From: Bacteroidales bacterium
GTDB lineage: Bacteria > Bacteroidota > Bacteroidia > Bacteroidales > WCHB1-69
Direction of reading: 5' to 3'
NCBI GenBank assembly: GCA_017962845.1
Contig: JAGCUN010000011.1
Location: 65,192-129,191 of the forward strand
DNA length: 64,000 bases
Part shown: positions 1-9,125 of the stretch, in pieces
Position numbering within the stretch: position 1 is the first letter of the stretch
Layout of the letters: the number at the start of each line of letters is the position of its first letter
Position numbers and translations under genes: made by a program
Notes under the pieces: generated by a model
Told to the model about the DNA's origin: nothing
The model's database searches: none
Seen by the model: the letters and a program-made list of their open reading frames with translations, nothing else

Positions 1-2289
1 GGCAGCGTGACCTTCTCCATCACTGCAGATCCTTGCTACAACATCAGCGCCATCTTGGTTGACGGCGAGGCTGACACCAACTTCGTGGCTGGTGTTCCCA
101 CCGCTGAATACACCATGAGCAATATCGACAGCAACCACACTGTGGTGGCTCAGTTCGAAACCACTACCTACGAGGTGACCGTCAACGTGACCGGCAACGG
201 CACGGCTGCCCCGACCAGCGGTACTTACAACTGCGGCGACACCATCTCCTTCACCTTCACTCCTGACAACGACGGTGTTGAAGTGGAGAGCGTGGTAGTG
301 AACGGTAACAACATCGGTTCTGTGACCTCATACGTAATCAACGGCATCTCCGCTGATTACACCATCGACGTCACCTTCGCCGACATTACCTACACGCTGA
401 CCTCTGTTGCTTACAACAATGGTACGATTGATCCTGTTGGTGACACTGTGGTGGCTTACAACGGTTCAATGACCTACACCCTTACCCCGAATGATTGCCA
501 GACCGTTTCTGAACTGTTGGTCAATGGTGTTTCTTACCTCGACAGCGCTAACTTCGATGGTACGACCCTCACCTTGGACAACATCCAGCGCGACATGACC
601 ATCCAGGCTTACTTCCAAGTGATGACCTACACGGTTGAAGCCACTCAGGCTGAAGGCGGTGTGATCACCGAGACGGGTGTTTACAACTGCGGTACCGATG
701 TTACTTACAACATCGTTGCTAACGATTGCTACACGCTGACCACCATCACGGTGGACGGCGAGGATATCACCTGCGAACTCACTGACACGGTGATCGTCTT
801 CAACGCAATCGACACCAACCACACCATCACCGCCACGTTCACCATGAACACCTACACCATCACGGCTAACGTGAATGATGACGCTGCTGGTACGATTACT
901 CCTACCGACACCTTCAACTGCGGTGAAACTCCGGTTTATGAAATCACCCCGAACGAGGGTTATTACATTGTGAGCGTCATGGTTGACAGCGTTGAGCAGG
1001 GTGCTATCGACAGCTACACCTTCAGCGCTCTCCATGCTGACCACACCATCGATGCTACCTTCGCCAAGTACACCTACACGGTTTCCGCATACGGAGCCGC
1101 TGGCGTTGAAATCACTCCTGAGGGTGACACCACCGTTGAGTACGGCGAAAGCGTTTCCTACACGCTCACCGCTGACGACTGCTACGAAATCGTAAGCGTT
1201 ATGCTCGATGGCGAGGACCTCGGTGCTGTGACTACTGTTGATGTGGACAGCATCACTGCTAACCACGTCATCACCGTTGAGTCTGCTATCAAGACTTACA
1301 CCATCACGGCTACGGCTACTGAAGGTGGTAACATCAGTCCTGCTGGCGAGGTGATCGTGAACTGCGGTGCTTCTCAGTTCTTCACCATCACGCCTGCTGT
1401 TGGTTACGTGATTGAAAGCGTTGAGGTTGACGGTGCCGACCAGGGTGCTATCAGCAGCTACCTCTTCGATTCTGTGACCGCCGATGCTACCATCCATGTC
1501 ACCTTCTCCGCTATCGCTGATTCTACCTACACCATCACTGCTACTGCTGGTGCTAATGGTACCATCACGCCTGCCGGCGATGTGACCGTGAACTATGGTG
1601 CAAGCCAGTCCTTCGTGATTGTGCCCGACGAGAACTACACCATCGGTGAGGTTCTGATTGACAGCGTGCCGCTGGCTAACCCGGTTGCTTCCTACACCTT
1701 CGTAAATGTGACGGCTAACCACACCATCGACGTTACCTTCGTACCGGCTGAATGCCCGGTTCCGACCTATGCTTGGACCACCGACATTACTGACAACTCC
1801 GCTACCTTGAACTGGACCGATATGGAAGTTGCTTCCTACACCATCCGTTACAAGAGTGCTGAGGACACTGTTTACACCGAGGTTACTGGCATCACCGAAA
1901 CCAGCTACGAGCTGAGCGGTTTGGATGACAATATGGTGTATGTTTGGAATGTGAAGTCGGTTTGCATCGCTGACACTGCTGAAAGCAACTGGAGCTCACA
2001 GCAGCAGTTCCGCACCGAAGGTACTATCGACACCACTGGAGTTGCTAACTACAGCCTTGACAATGTGAAGGTTTACAGCTATGGCAACGACATCTATGTG
2101 GTGAACAACAGCAATGTGATCATCAACAACGTTCAGGTGTATGACCTCAACGGCCGCATCATCTACAACGGCAAGGCCCAGGACAACCCGACCGTTATCA
2201 ACGTGAATGCTGCCAACGGCATGTACGTAGTGAGAGTGATCACTGCTGATGCAGTTCGCAACTACAAGGTCAGCATCTCGCAGAGATAA
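1..2289 (+). CDS. T9SS-sorted adhesin-like surface protein, 5'-truncated by the window edge (tandem Ig-like B-repeat modules, FN3, T9SS C-terminal domain)
   Basis: The frame is open from base 1 to TAA 2287-2289. It has at least 7 tandem ~75-aa modules (TYTITA..G.I.P.G...V.YG.S..F.I.P...Y.I..V.VDG....Y.F..V.A.HTI.V.F). An FN3-like segment (SATLNWTD..YTIRYK) follows. The last ~75 aa (VKVYSYGNDIYVV..VQVYDLNGRIIY..GMYVVRVI) resemble Bacteroidota T9SS sorting domains. Confidence 0.85.
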   Translation, partial: GSVTFSITADPCYNISAILVDGEADTNFVAGVPTAEYTMSNIDSNHTVVAQFETTTYEVTVNVTGNGTAAPTSGTYNCGDTISFTFTPDNDGVEVESVVVNGNNIGSVTSYVINGISADYTIDVTFADITYTLTSVAYNNGTIDPVGDTVVAYNGSMTYTLTPNDCQTVSELLVNGVSYLDSANFDGTTLTLDNIQRDMTIQAYFQVMTYTVEATQAEGGVITETGVYNCGTDVTYNIVANDCYTLTTITVDGEDITCELTDTVIVFNAIDTNHTITATFTMNTYTITANVNDDAAGTITPTDTFNCGETPVYEITPNEGYYIVSVMVDSVEQGAIDSYTFSALHADHTIDATFAKYTYTVSAYGAAGVEITPEGDTTVEYGESVSYTLTADDCYEIVSVMLDGEDLGAVTTVDVDSITANHVITVESAIKTYTITATATEGGNISPAGEVIVNCGASQFFTITPAVGYVIESVEVDGADQGAISSYLFDSVTADATIHVTFSAIADSTYTITATAGANGTITPAGDVTVNYGASQSFVIVPDENYTIGEVLIDSVPLANPVASYTFVNVTANHTIDVTFVPAECPVPTYAWTTDITDNSATLNWTDMEVASYTIRYKSAEDTVYTEVTGITETSYELSGLDDNMVYVWNVKSVCIADTAESNWSSQQQFRTEGTIDTTGVANYSLDNVKVYSYGNDIYVVNNSNVIINNVQVYDLNGRIIYNGKAQDNPTVINVNAANGMYVVRVITADAVRNYKVSISQR
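166..1740 (+). repeat. Protein-level tandem array of ~225-bp (75-aa) Ig-like modules inside the first CDS
   Basis: Each module begins with T-Y-T/E-V/I-T and ends with H-T-I-D/T-V/A-T-F. The nucleotide copies have diverged, so this is an old repeat rather than a recent duplication. Confidence 0.7.
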
Positions 2290-2308
2290 TCTGCTGACGA
2301 TACGTAAC

Positions 2309-2343
2309 AAAAAGAGGGTTTCGCAAGGGACCCTCTTTTTTTA
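2309..2343 (+). terminator. Rho-independent terminator
   Basis: AAAAAGAGGGT-TTCGCAAG-GGACCCTCTTTTTTTATT: a GC-rich stem followed by a T-run, 20 nt after the stop codon. Confidence 0.8.
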
Positions 2344-2374
2344 TTGGTTTTTACAGAGGTAAAAGAAAAAAGAG

Positions 2375-2382
2375 TAATTTTG
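2375..2382 (+). promoter_or_regulatory. Bacteroidota -7 promoter box (TAnnTTTG)
   Basis: TAATTTTG lies about 23 nt upstream of ATG 2405. Confidence 0.45.
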
Positions 2383-2404
2383 CACGATGATACATTAAAA
2401 AGTG

Positions 2405-3220
2405 ATGGGAAAAATGTTCAAGAAATATTTATGGCCGGGGTGTACGGCGTTGGTCACGGGGGCGAGTTCGGGGATGGGTTTGGAGTATGCCCGTCAGTTG
2501 GCGGCTTCGGGATGTGGCGTGGTGATGGTGAGCAACCAGCAGCAGGAGTTGGAGCAATGTGCCGCCGAACTGAAAACCGCATATTCTGCCAAAATTTGGC
2601 CTGTTTATTGCGACTTGGCTCGGAATGAGTCTGCGGACGAGTTGTTCGCTATTTGCCAAGAAAAGGGGCTGCAAATCGACATTCTCATCAATAATGCTGG
2701 GATGTTTTTCTTCAAGGAGTTGAAAGATGAGGTTTGTGAGGTGGGCGACAAGATGTTGTTCTTGCACGTCATCACGCCGACGAGGTTGTGTGAGCGTTTT
2801 GCGGGGGGGATGAAGCAGCGGGGCAGGGGCTACATTTTGAATGTGTCGTCGGTGGCGGCGGGGATGTACGCGCCCGGCTTGGTGATGTATAGTGCAACGA
2901 AGTCGTATCTGCGCAGTTTTTCTAAATCTTGGTATTATGAGATGAAGCCTTACGGGGTATCGGTTACGGCGGTATGTCCGGGCGCGGTGTCAACGGGGCT
3001 ATACAGTGTGCTGCCTGTATTGGTGAAGATCCTCAAGGTGGCGGGAAAGTTCGGTTTGGTATATTCGCCTGAGAAGTTGGTGCGGAAGGCGTTGAAGGCG
3101 ATGTTTCGCCGTCGTCGTTGTGTTACGCCGGGGTGGTTCAACTTGCTGTTTGCGCCTGCGGTGAATGCGCTGCCGAAGCGGCTGGTGAGCCGTGTGTGGG
3201 GAAAGGTGAGGGGGAATTGA
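2405..3220 (+). CDS. SDR-family oxidoreductase (short-chain dehydrogenase/reductase)
   Basis: It has the Rossmann motif TGxxxGxG (ALVTGASSGMG), NNAG, and the catalytic YxxxK (YSATKSY). ATG 2405 follows the GTG at 2402 that opens the ORF. Confidence 0.85.
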   Translation: MGKMFKKYLWPGCTALVTGASSGMGLEYARQLAASGCGVVMVSNQQQELEQCAAELKTAYSAKIWPVYCDLARNESADELFAICQEKGLQIDILINNAGMFFFKELKDEVCEVGDKMLFLHVITPTRLCERFAGGMKQRGRGYILNVSSVAAGMYAPGLVMYSATKSYLRSFSKSWYYEMKPYGVSVTAVCPGAVSTGLYSVLPVLVKILKVAGKFGLVYSPEKLVRKALKAMFRRRRCVTPGWFNLLFAPAVNALPKRLVSRVWGKVRGN

Positions 3221-3320
3221 AAGTTGAGGATTCGTGTGATTTGAGAGATTTGAAGATTTGAGATTTCGAATATAGAATTCGGAAGGGAGGGTTGAAGTTG
3301 TGGGGGGTAGTGAAGATGGT
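3218..3320 (+). repeat. Purine/T-rich short-period (7-9 nt) repeat tract starting at the stop codon
   Basis: TGAAAGT TGAGGAT ... GATTTGAGA GATTTGAA GATTTGAGA TTTCGAA ... GGAAGGGAGGGTTGAAGTTGTGGGGGG. The first TGA is the SDR stop codon. Confidence 0.6.
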
Positions 3321-3455
3321 GCGGCAGGGATAGGAGCAGACACGAGCGTAGCGAGTAATGCGGATAGCCCGACGGCGACCGCAGGGAGCCGGGCCGCCCT
3401 AAAAAAGATTAAAATAAAGGCGGTTTTAATGGTCCGAAAGGTGGAAGCTTGCGAC

Positions 3456-5483
3456 CTACAGTTTTATAAACTTGCAGGAGAGAGAAGATTCCAGAGTATT
3501 GATTTTCAGGAAATAAACGCCAGATGGGAGGTCGGAGAGATTAAGCTGGACAGTGTTATCGGAAGGCATCCAATTTTGGAGATTTTGCCCCATGGCGTTG
3601 AAGAGAGAGAGCACCACAATGGGTTGCTCAGATTCCACATTCAGCACGTCGTGAGCAGGATTTGGGAAAACTGAAAAAGACTGATTGATAATATCTTGCA
3701 CACCCGTAATGCTTCCTTCGTATTCGATTTCAAAACCATCGCCTTGGTTAAGTTCATCGCTCTCGAAAACGAGAACGAGGCGGCGTTTATCGAACGAAAT
3801 GATAGTATCGGGCATAGAGCCGGTGTAGGTAGCCAGCAGGTTCTCTTCTGAAGGAGTTTGGTAGAAAATATAGAGGAAGTCGTGGTCCTCTTCGAGGTCG
3901 AACTTGGTGAAATGCAGGTTGATAAAGGGACGGCTGAGGATGGTAATTTTGTACTGGCAGGCGGTGAGAGGCAGATAGTCATCATCGCCGCTGCCGTCGT
4001 CGAACGTTCCTGAGAGGGCGCCTTGGTTGAGATAGCTGACGCAGTACTGGGGCTGTTGGGCGCTATAGCTCGCAAAAAAGCGCTGACCGGCACCGGAGCC
4101 GTGGTAATGAACCATGATTTCAGCACAGTCCCAATCGACTGACAGGGTGCCTGTTGTGTCGTACAGCATGATTATGGGCTGCCAGCAGTTGTCGGGGTTG
4201 ATGTAGAGGGTATCGTTGGCAGAGAGGTTGAAACGTACAGCAAGTTGGATGCCTTCGAGGTTGGGCACATCGGGTTGGATGTGCCATGTGTAATCGGAGG
4301 GGACATAGGCGTTGAGGAAGGAGCCGGAGTGGGAGGTCAGCGTGGTATCGCCCATAGCGGTTTGCAGTGCCGGATAGGTATATTGGATGGTGTCGGGGTA
4401 GGCGTTGATGATGAGTTCCTGGGCGAGGTTGAAGTGGGTGCCGGCGGTGTTGAGGTGGGTGGTGATGAAGTAGCCGTCGTGGCTGCCGCCCCATCCGAAG
4501 TTAAAGTGGTAGTAGTAGGCGCTATCCACTATTTTATATCCGTCGCAGATGAAGCCGTGGCCGTTGATGTCGGGCACGCTCCAGCCGGCATAGTAAAGCG
4601 GGATGTTCCGTTCCAGATGGCTGATAATCAGGCTGTCCCAATCGAGTGTGGTGGAATCGCGGAACACGTATTGGGTTTCGGGCGAATATTTGAAGTAGGT
4701 GCGGAGCACGTAGGCGGCGCTGTGGTTGTACATGCCGGAGCCGTTGACCCCGTAGTGCATATCCACGCCCACGCCGCAGTGGTAGATCAGTTTTGAGATT
4801 TCGGTGTTGATGGCGGTGGGGTCGTCGCACATGGCGGAGTAGTCGTATGTGGAGTTGCCGAAGTCGGCCGACTGGGTGCCGTAGTTCTCGTCGGTGTAAC
4901 TGTAGGAGCCGGTGCCGGTATGGGGCCAGCGGAAGTAGTACATGAGCTGACCCATGGCGGTGGCCACGCAGCCGGTGACGCAGCGGTTGTTGGGTCCGGC
5001 GTAGTCGCGGGGGCAGTAGTAGTTGTAGAACTCTTCCTGGCTCCAGTGCGAGTGGGTGAGGGGGGTGATGGCCTCGCCGTTGCGGGGCAGGGCGCGCTGG
5101 CTGAGGATGTGGTTCCATGCGGGGTGTTCGGTGCCGGTGGGCGACTGTTGCAGTTCTTCGATCTGGTCGGCGTAGCTGTCGAGCCACATCTGGGCGGGCG
5201 GGCAGACCTCGCTGTCGAGGTAGGGCTGTTGGTCGGAGAAGGCGAGGACGGGCGGGGTGCGTTTGTCGCCGGAAACCACGACATAGCTGTCGGTAGAGTT
5301 GAAGATATAGAGCAGGTTATGGCCGTCGCGGGAGGTGGTGTGGGCGGCACGTGCCAGTTGGCGGCCTTGGCTTTGCAGGAAGGCGGCGGCGACGCTGGCG
5401 GCCTCTTCGGGGGTGACCGACTGTGCCCGCAGGGTGGGCAGCGACAGGGCCAGAACGAGGGTGCAGAGGAGGAATTGTTTCAT
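3456..5483 (-). CDS. C10-family cysteine peptidase (streptopain/interpain-like) with a CUB-like module and T9SS C-terminal domain
   Basis: Catalytic Cys motif GCVATAMGQLMYYF and His motif NGHGFICDGY. CUB-like segment (CQYKITI..FDLEEDHDFLYIF..GFEIEYEG). T9SS domain (VFPNPAHDVLNV..GVYFLKI). The signal peptide MKQFLLCTLVLALSLPTLRAQ starts at ATG 5483; a TTG at 5510 opens the ORF. Confidence 0.85.
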   Translation of the reverse strand: MKQFLLCTLVLALSLPTLRAQSVTPEEAASVAAAFLQSQGRQLARAAHTTSRDGHNLLYIFNSTDSYVVVSGDKRTPPVLAFSDQQPYLDSEVCPPAQMWLDSYADQIEELQQSPTGTEHPAWNHILSQRALPRNGEAITPLTHSHWSQEEFYNYYCPRDYAGPNNRCVTGCVATAMGQLMYYFRWPHTGTGSYSYTDENYGTQSADFGNSTYDYSAMCDDPTAINTEISKLIYHCGVGVDMHYGVNGSGMYNHSAAYVLRTYFKYSPETQYVFRDSTTLDWDSLIISHLERNIPLYYAGWSVPDINGHGFICDGYKIVDSAYYYHFNFGWGGSHDGYFITTHLNTAGTHFNLAQELIINAYPDTIQYTYPALQTAMGDTTLTSHSGSFLNAYVPSDYTWHIQPDVPNLEGIQLAVRFNLSANDTLYINPDNCWQPIIMLYDTTGTLSVDWDCAEIMVHYHGSGAGQRFFASYSAQQPQYCVSYLNQGALSGTFDDGSGDDDYLPLTACQYKITILSRPFINLHFTKFDLEEDHDFLYIFYQTPSEENLLATYTGSMPDTIISFDKRRLVLVFESDELNQGDGFEIEYEGSITGVQDIINQSFSVFPNPAHDVLNVESEQPIVVLSLFNAMGQNLQNWMPSDNTVQLNLSDLPSGVYFLKINTLESSLSCKFIKL

Positions 5484-5565
5484 AATGGGATGGGAATTGC
5501 GTTTTTTCAATTGTTTGTTGTCAGCTTTCGGAAGATTGGGAACACTTCGGACTATAAATTAAGTG

Positions 5566-5573
5566 CAAAAATA
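5566..5573 (-). promoter_or_regulatory. Bacteroidota -7 promoter box (TAnnTTTG)
   Basis: The minus strand reads TATTTTTG, upstream of the C10 peptidase gene. Confidence 0.4.
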
Positions 5574-5719
5574 CACTAATTTTTCAATCTCACAATAAAA
5601 ATACTCTATAATTTGCTATAACAACTTTAATACTTACTATTGTTATAATTGAAAATGTAATAATTATTTACTCTCTTCGTTTTAGCATTGTTTTTCTTTT
5701 AAACTTAAACAAGAACAAT

Positions 5720-6424
5720 ATGAAAAAAGTCTTTTTCTTTTTGGTAATGATGGGCTTAACGGTTGCCTTGAATGCCCAAGAGGAACTATCGTGGAAACAG
5801 ACTCTGCCAAGACACGACATTCAATTGGGGTTCGGCGACCCTGCTATCATTTTTGCTGCTAGCGGCAAGGTAGATTTTACTTTGCCCTTTTGGCTGAATT
5901 ATCGTTATACCCCACCAACAACTTTTAGTGCTGATGACTGGTTCTATAACGATGTTCGCAGGAAGACCGTTGCCATTCCCACCATCAATTTCGAGTATCG
6001 CTATCGCTTTGCCAAGTGGTTTTGGTTTGGTGGAGCTGTCTCCTATACCGCCCTTTTTGATCGTCGCGAGGATCGCATAACGCACGAGTTGTTGTCGAAA
6101 ACTACCGACCACTATATTAGCATTATGCCTTCTGTGCGTTTTTCATGGCTCAACACAAAATACATCACTCTTTATTCAGGTCTTTCTGCAGGATTGATTA
6201 TGGGGTTTAGTGAGGCGTATGAGCAAGTTGGTTCTACGTTAGCAGATCACCCGTATCATTATGTGACATTAGATTTTGCTGGACAACTGACTGCCGTGGG
6301 TATTCAGGGTGGCAAGAACTGGTACGGCTTTGCGGAAGTCGGGTTTGGTGTACAAGGATTTGTCAAGGCCGGCTTTGGTTACAAGTTTATGAAAAAGGAG
6401 AAGAAAGCGAATAATATCGATTAA
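5720..6424 (+). CDS. Putative outer-membrane beta-barrel protein (family not recognised)
   Basis: Signal peptide MKKVFFFLVMMGLTVALNAQ, an aromatic/Gly-rich alternating strand pattern, and a terminal GFGYKF segment. GC content is visibly lower than in the flanking genes. Confidence 0.5.
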   Translation: MKKVFFFLVMMGLTVALNAQEELSWKQTLPRHDIQLGFGDPAIIFAASGKVDFTLPFWLNYRYTPPTTFSADDWFYNDVRRKTVAIPTINFEYRYRFAKWFWFGGAVSYTALFDRREDRITHELLSKTTDHYISIMPSVRFSWLNTKYITLYSGLSAGLIMGFSEAYEQVGSTLADHPYHYVTLDFAGQLTAVGIQGGKNWYGFAEVGFGVQGFVKAGFGYKFMKKEKKANNID

Positions 6425-6445
6425 CCGTCAATAATGTAAATAGAT

Positions 6446-7255
6446 ATGAAAAGAATTGCTTTAATACTCACCCTTTGTGCCATTGTTTGCAGTGGATGTT
6501 GGAAAGACACCATAACATGGAGTAAGAGCGAGCAGATTTTGAATTCATGGGAATATTCCACAAAAGGCATTCTGGAGGAAACTGTGAATGTGGCATTCCT
6601 TAGCAATGCTTGGATTAACGGCAACGACAGTGTGCGCAGAGTTATTGAGGACAATTATTTCCCCACCTCACGTATCCGTCATGAAGGCGGTAACGACTAC
6701 GGAATCTACAACGGCACGCAATTGGTTATGCTCATCAATACGGGTGGAAAAACCATTGATGCCGCTGATGCCGACTGGTTAGTTACTCGGTATGAATATT
6801 ATCAGACTTTCTTTGATGTACGTCCCGAATTCTTCTCTTCCCAGGGACATACGCGTCTCAACATTCGCAGTTTGGGTAACAACGAATGGTCGGTGGCTTT
6901 GGATAGCCTCACCTGCTTAGGCAGCACTTCCTATCTGACCCTTTCCGTGCCAGGGGATGAAGTGCCTGTAAGTCTCTTTTCAAAACCCTTTACACTATCT
7001 GGTGGAGGTACGCTCGTTTTTTCCGGCAGCGCCTTCAATAATGGGAACTTTGTACAAAGTCCCGTAACCATGCTTTACACCCTTTCTACTCCCATGCAGC
7101 AGAAGGTTGGTAATGTCAACACTTTCGATAATGGTGTCGTGGATATAGTTGTTTCGAAAGCGGGTGAAGAAGATCGTGTGTTACACGCTGAATTACAGAA
7201 TGGGAATTGGAACATACTGTATCAAGGTACGGAAACAGTGATTGTTGAACATTAA
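6446..7255 (+). CDS. Hypothetical lipoprotein
   Basis: Signal peptide with a Cys-containing lipobox-like end (MKRIALILTLCAIVCSGC). No domain recognised. It lies 21 nt after the preceding gene. Confidence 0.5.
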   Translation: MKRIALILTLCAIVCSGCWKDTITWSKSEQILNSWEYSTKGILEETVNVAFLSNAWINGNDSVRRVIEDNYFPTSRIRHEGGNDYGIYNGTQLVMLINTGGKTIDAADADWLVTRYEYYQTFFDVRPEFFSSQGHTRLNIRSLGNNEWSVALDSLTCLGSTSYLTLSVPGDEVPVSLFSKPFTLSGGGTLVFSGSAFNNGNFVQSPVTMLYTLSTPMQQKVGNVNTFDNGVVDIVVSKAGEEDRVLHAELQNGNWNILYQGTETVIVEH

Positions 7256-7281
7256 CGAAAGGTCTTGTTTCTAAAATTTTG

Positions 7282-7318
7282 ATGTTCTCCATCCCTGCTT
7301 GGGGATGGAGAACATTTG
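7282..7318 (+). terminator. Hairpin terminator (weak U-tract)
   Basis: Perfect 14-bp stem ATGTTCTCCATCCC / GGGATGGAGAACAT with a 6-nt loop, followed only by TTT. Confidence 0.55.
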
Positions 7319-7437
7319 ACCCTCATGCTCGCCATCAGCCGCGGCAGAGATGCGCCCATCTTTTACTGGACTATAGGGTGAATTTCAATAAAAATTAGAA
7401 AATTTTCACAAATTTGCTTTTATTGAAATAATTGTTG

Positions 7438-7445
7438 TATTTTTG
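7438..7445 (+). promoter_or_regulatory. Bacteroidota -7 promoter box (TAnnTTTG)
   Basis: TATTTTTG lies upstream of the abiEi-like gene. Confidence 0.45.
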
Positions 7446-7509
7446 CATCCGACTTGCAGAAATAATCATTAAGTGATGATTTCCGCATTTGAAATTGCAA
7501 AAAGATACA

Positions 7510-8325
7510 ATGGCGATGGTCACAAATTTGCAGGATTGGGTTGAAAGCGAGATGATGAGGGGGCGGTACATCTTTACAAAAGAGGATGTACTGGCATTGC
7601 ATCTGCCTATCACAAGGAATGCCCTACAGAACAGTCTGAACCGCCTTACTCGGCGCGGCATCATCATGTCCCCGTGGAAGAATTTTTATGTGGCGATTCC
7701 CACAGAATATAAGTTGAAGGGTGTCGTGCCGCCCTCGTTCTATATAGACAGACTGATGCACTTTCTTGGCCGCGACTATTACGTTTCATTGTTATCGGCA
7801 GCGGCATTGAACAGTGCCACACACCAAAGTCCAATGGTGTTTCAGGTGATGGTAGATGGGAGACCTGTTCGTTCTGGGGTGAAGAACGGAACCATGCTGG
7901 AGTTTACTCTCTGTCAGAATCTTCCACTCAAGTTCACCAAACAGGTGAAAACGCAAATGGGGTATATGAACGTGGCGGGGGCAGAACTTACTGCCTTTGA
8001 CATTGTAGCAGAAGAAGAAAAGGTTGGAGGTTTGGGACGAGTGGCAGAACTCCTGATAGAATTAAGCGAGACAATCTCGTTGGGTGACGACAAGTTGGCT
8101 CTATTGAAGTATTTCAGCAGTCCAACTATCCAGCGGTTGGGTTATCTTTTGGAACAGATAGAGAACCAAGACCTCGCTAATGACCTATATGCCCTGATGA
8201 AGCGTTCAGAAAAGCGAATGCGCAGGGTGCCACTGAAGCAATCAGCACCTTTCACCAACGATATGCCGAAGAACAGGCGCTGGAACATTATTGAGAACTA
8301 CAAAATTGAAATTGACGAACTATGA
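7510..8325 (+). CDS. abiEi: AbiEi-like antitoxin/transcriptional regulator of a type IV toxin-antitoxin (abortive infection) pair
   Basis: About 270 aa. It overlaps the downstream AbiEii-type gene by ATGA (8322-8325). The call rests mainly on synteny and size. The first ATG is 7510; the ORF opens at TTG 7489. Confidence 0.6.
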   Translation: MAMVTNLQDWVESEMMRGRYIFTKEDVLALHLPITRNALQNSLNRLTRRGIIMSPWKNFYVAIPTEYKLKGVVPPSFYIDRLMHFLGRDYYVSLLSAAALNSATHQSPMVFQVMVDGRPVRSGVKNGTMLEFTLCQNLPLKFTKQVKTQMGYMNVAGAELTAFDIVAEEEKVGGLGRVAELLIELSETISLGDDKLALLKYFSSPTIQRLGYLLEQIENQDLANDLYALMKRSEKRMRRVPLKQSAPFTNDMPKNRRWNIIENYKIEIDEL

Positions 8326-9125
8326 TCCCCCAATACTCCATTCAAGAGTGGTCCGAGCAAGTGCCGTGGAACACGGATGCGATGGTTGAACAAGACCTGA
8401 TTATTTGTCGTGCTCTGGTCAGCATCTTCAGTGACGAGTTTCTCGCTTCACAACTTTCCTTCAGGGGCGGCACTGCCCTTCACAAATTGTACTTGCATCC
8501 GCAACCCAGATATAGTGAGGACATTGACCTTGTGCAGATTACACCTGGCCCTATCAAACCTATTATGTTCCGTTTGGGAGAAGTTCTGGACTGGTTGCCG
8601 AATAGGAGTACGGCACAGAAGAAACACAGCAACAAGATGCTCTTCCGTTTTGATTCGGAAATCCCTCCTATCCAACAACTTCGTTTAAAAATAGAAATCA
8701 ATTGTTTTGAACATTTCAATGTATTGGGGTTGGTGAAAGTGCCGTTCAAAGTAACCAACAGTTGGTTTTCTGGCGAGACGGAACTAACGACTTATCAGTT
8801 TGAAGAACTGATGGGGACGAAGTTGCGGGCATTGTATCAGCGCAAGAAAGGTCGCGACCTCTTCGATATATACAAGGGACTGACCTTCCGAGAATGTGAT
8901 AGGGGAAAGATTCTGGAATGTTACCAAAAGTATATGGAGTTCGTGGTCGAACGAGTCCCCTCTTACAAGGAATATGTGCTGAATATGCAGGAAAAGATGA
9001 AAGACATTGAATTTCTAACAGACGTGGCACCCTTACTACACCCTGATGTGGCATTCAATCCACAGGAGGCCTATCGGTTGGTTTATAACAAACTGATTGA
9101 CAAGATGGATGGGAAGCGGGAGTAA
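8322..9125 (+). CDS. abiEii: AbiEii/AbiGii-family nucleotidyltransferase toxin
   Basis: FRGGTALHKLYL...RYSEDIDLV is the signature nucleotidyltransferase motif of the AbiEii (DUF1814) family. Confidence 0.8.
   Translation: MIPQYSIQEWSEQVPWNTDAMVEQDLIICRALVSIFSDEFLASQLSFRGGTALHKLYLHPQPRYSEDIDLVQITPGPIKPIMFRLGEVLDWLPNRSTAQKKHSNKMLFRFDSEIPPIQQLRLKIEINCFEHFNVLGLVKVPFKVTNSWFSGETELTTYQFEELMGTKLRALYQRKKGRDLFDIYKGLTFRECDRGKILECYQKYMEFVVERVPSYKEYVLNMQEKMKDIEFLTDVAPLLHPDVAFNPQEAYRLVYNKLIDKMDGKRE

Noticed and set aside
3300-3674. A 124-aa plus-strand ORF bridges the convergent spacer and the 3' end of the C10 peptidase gene.
   Set aside because: It overlaps the well-supported T9SS domain of the protease on the opposite strand. 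It has no start context, no motifs and odd composition.
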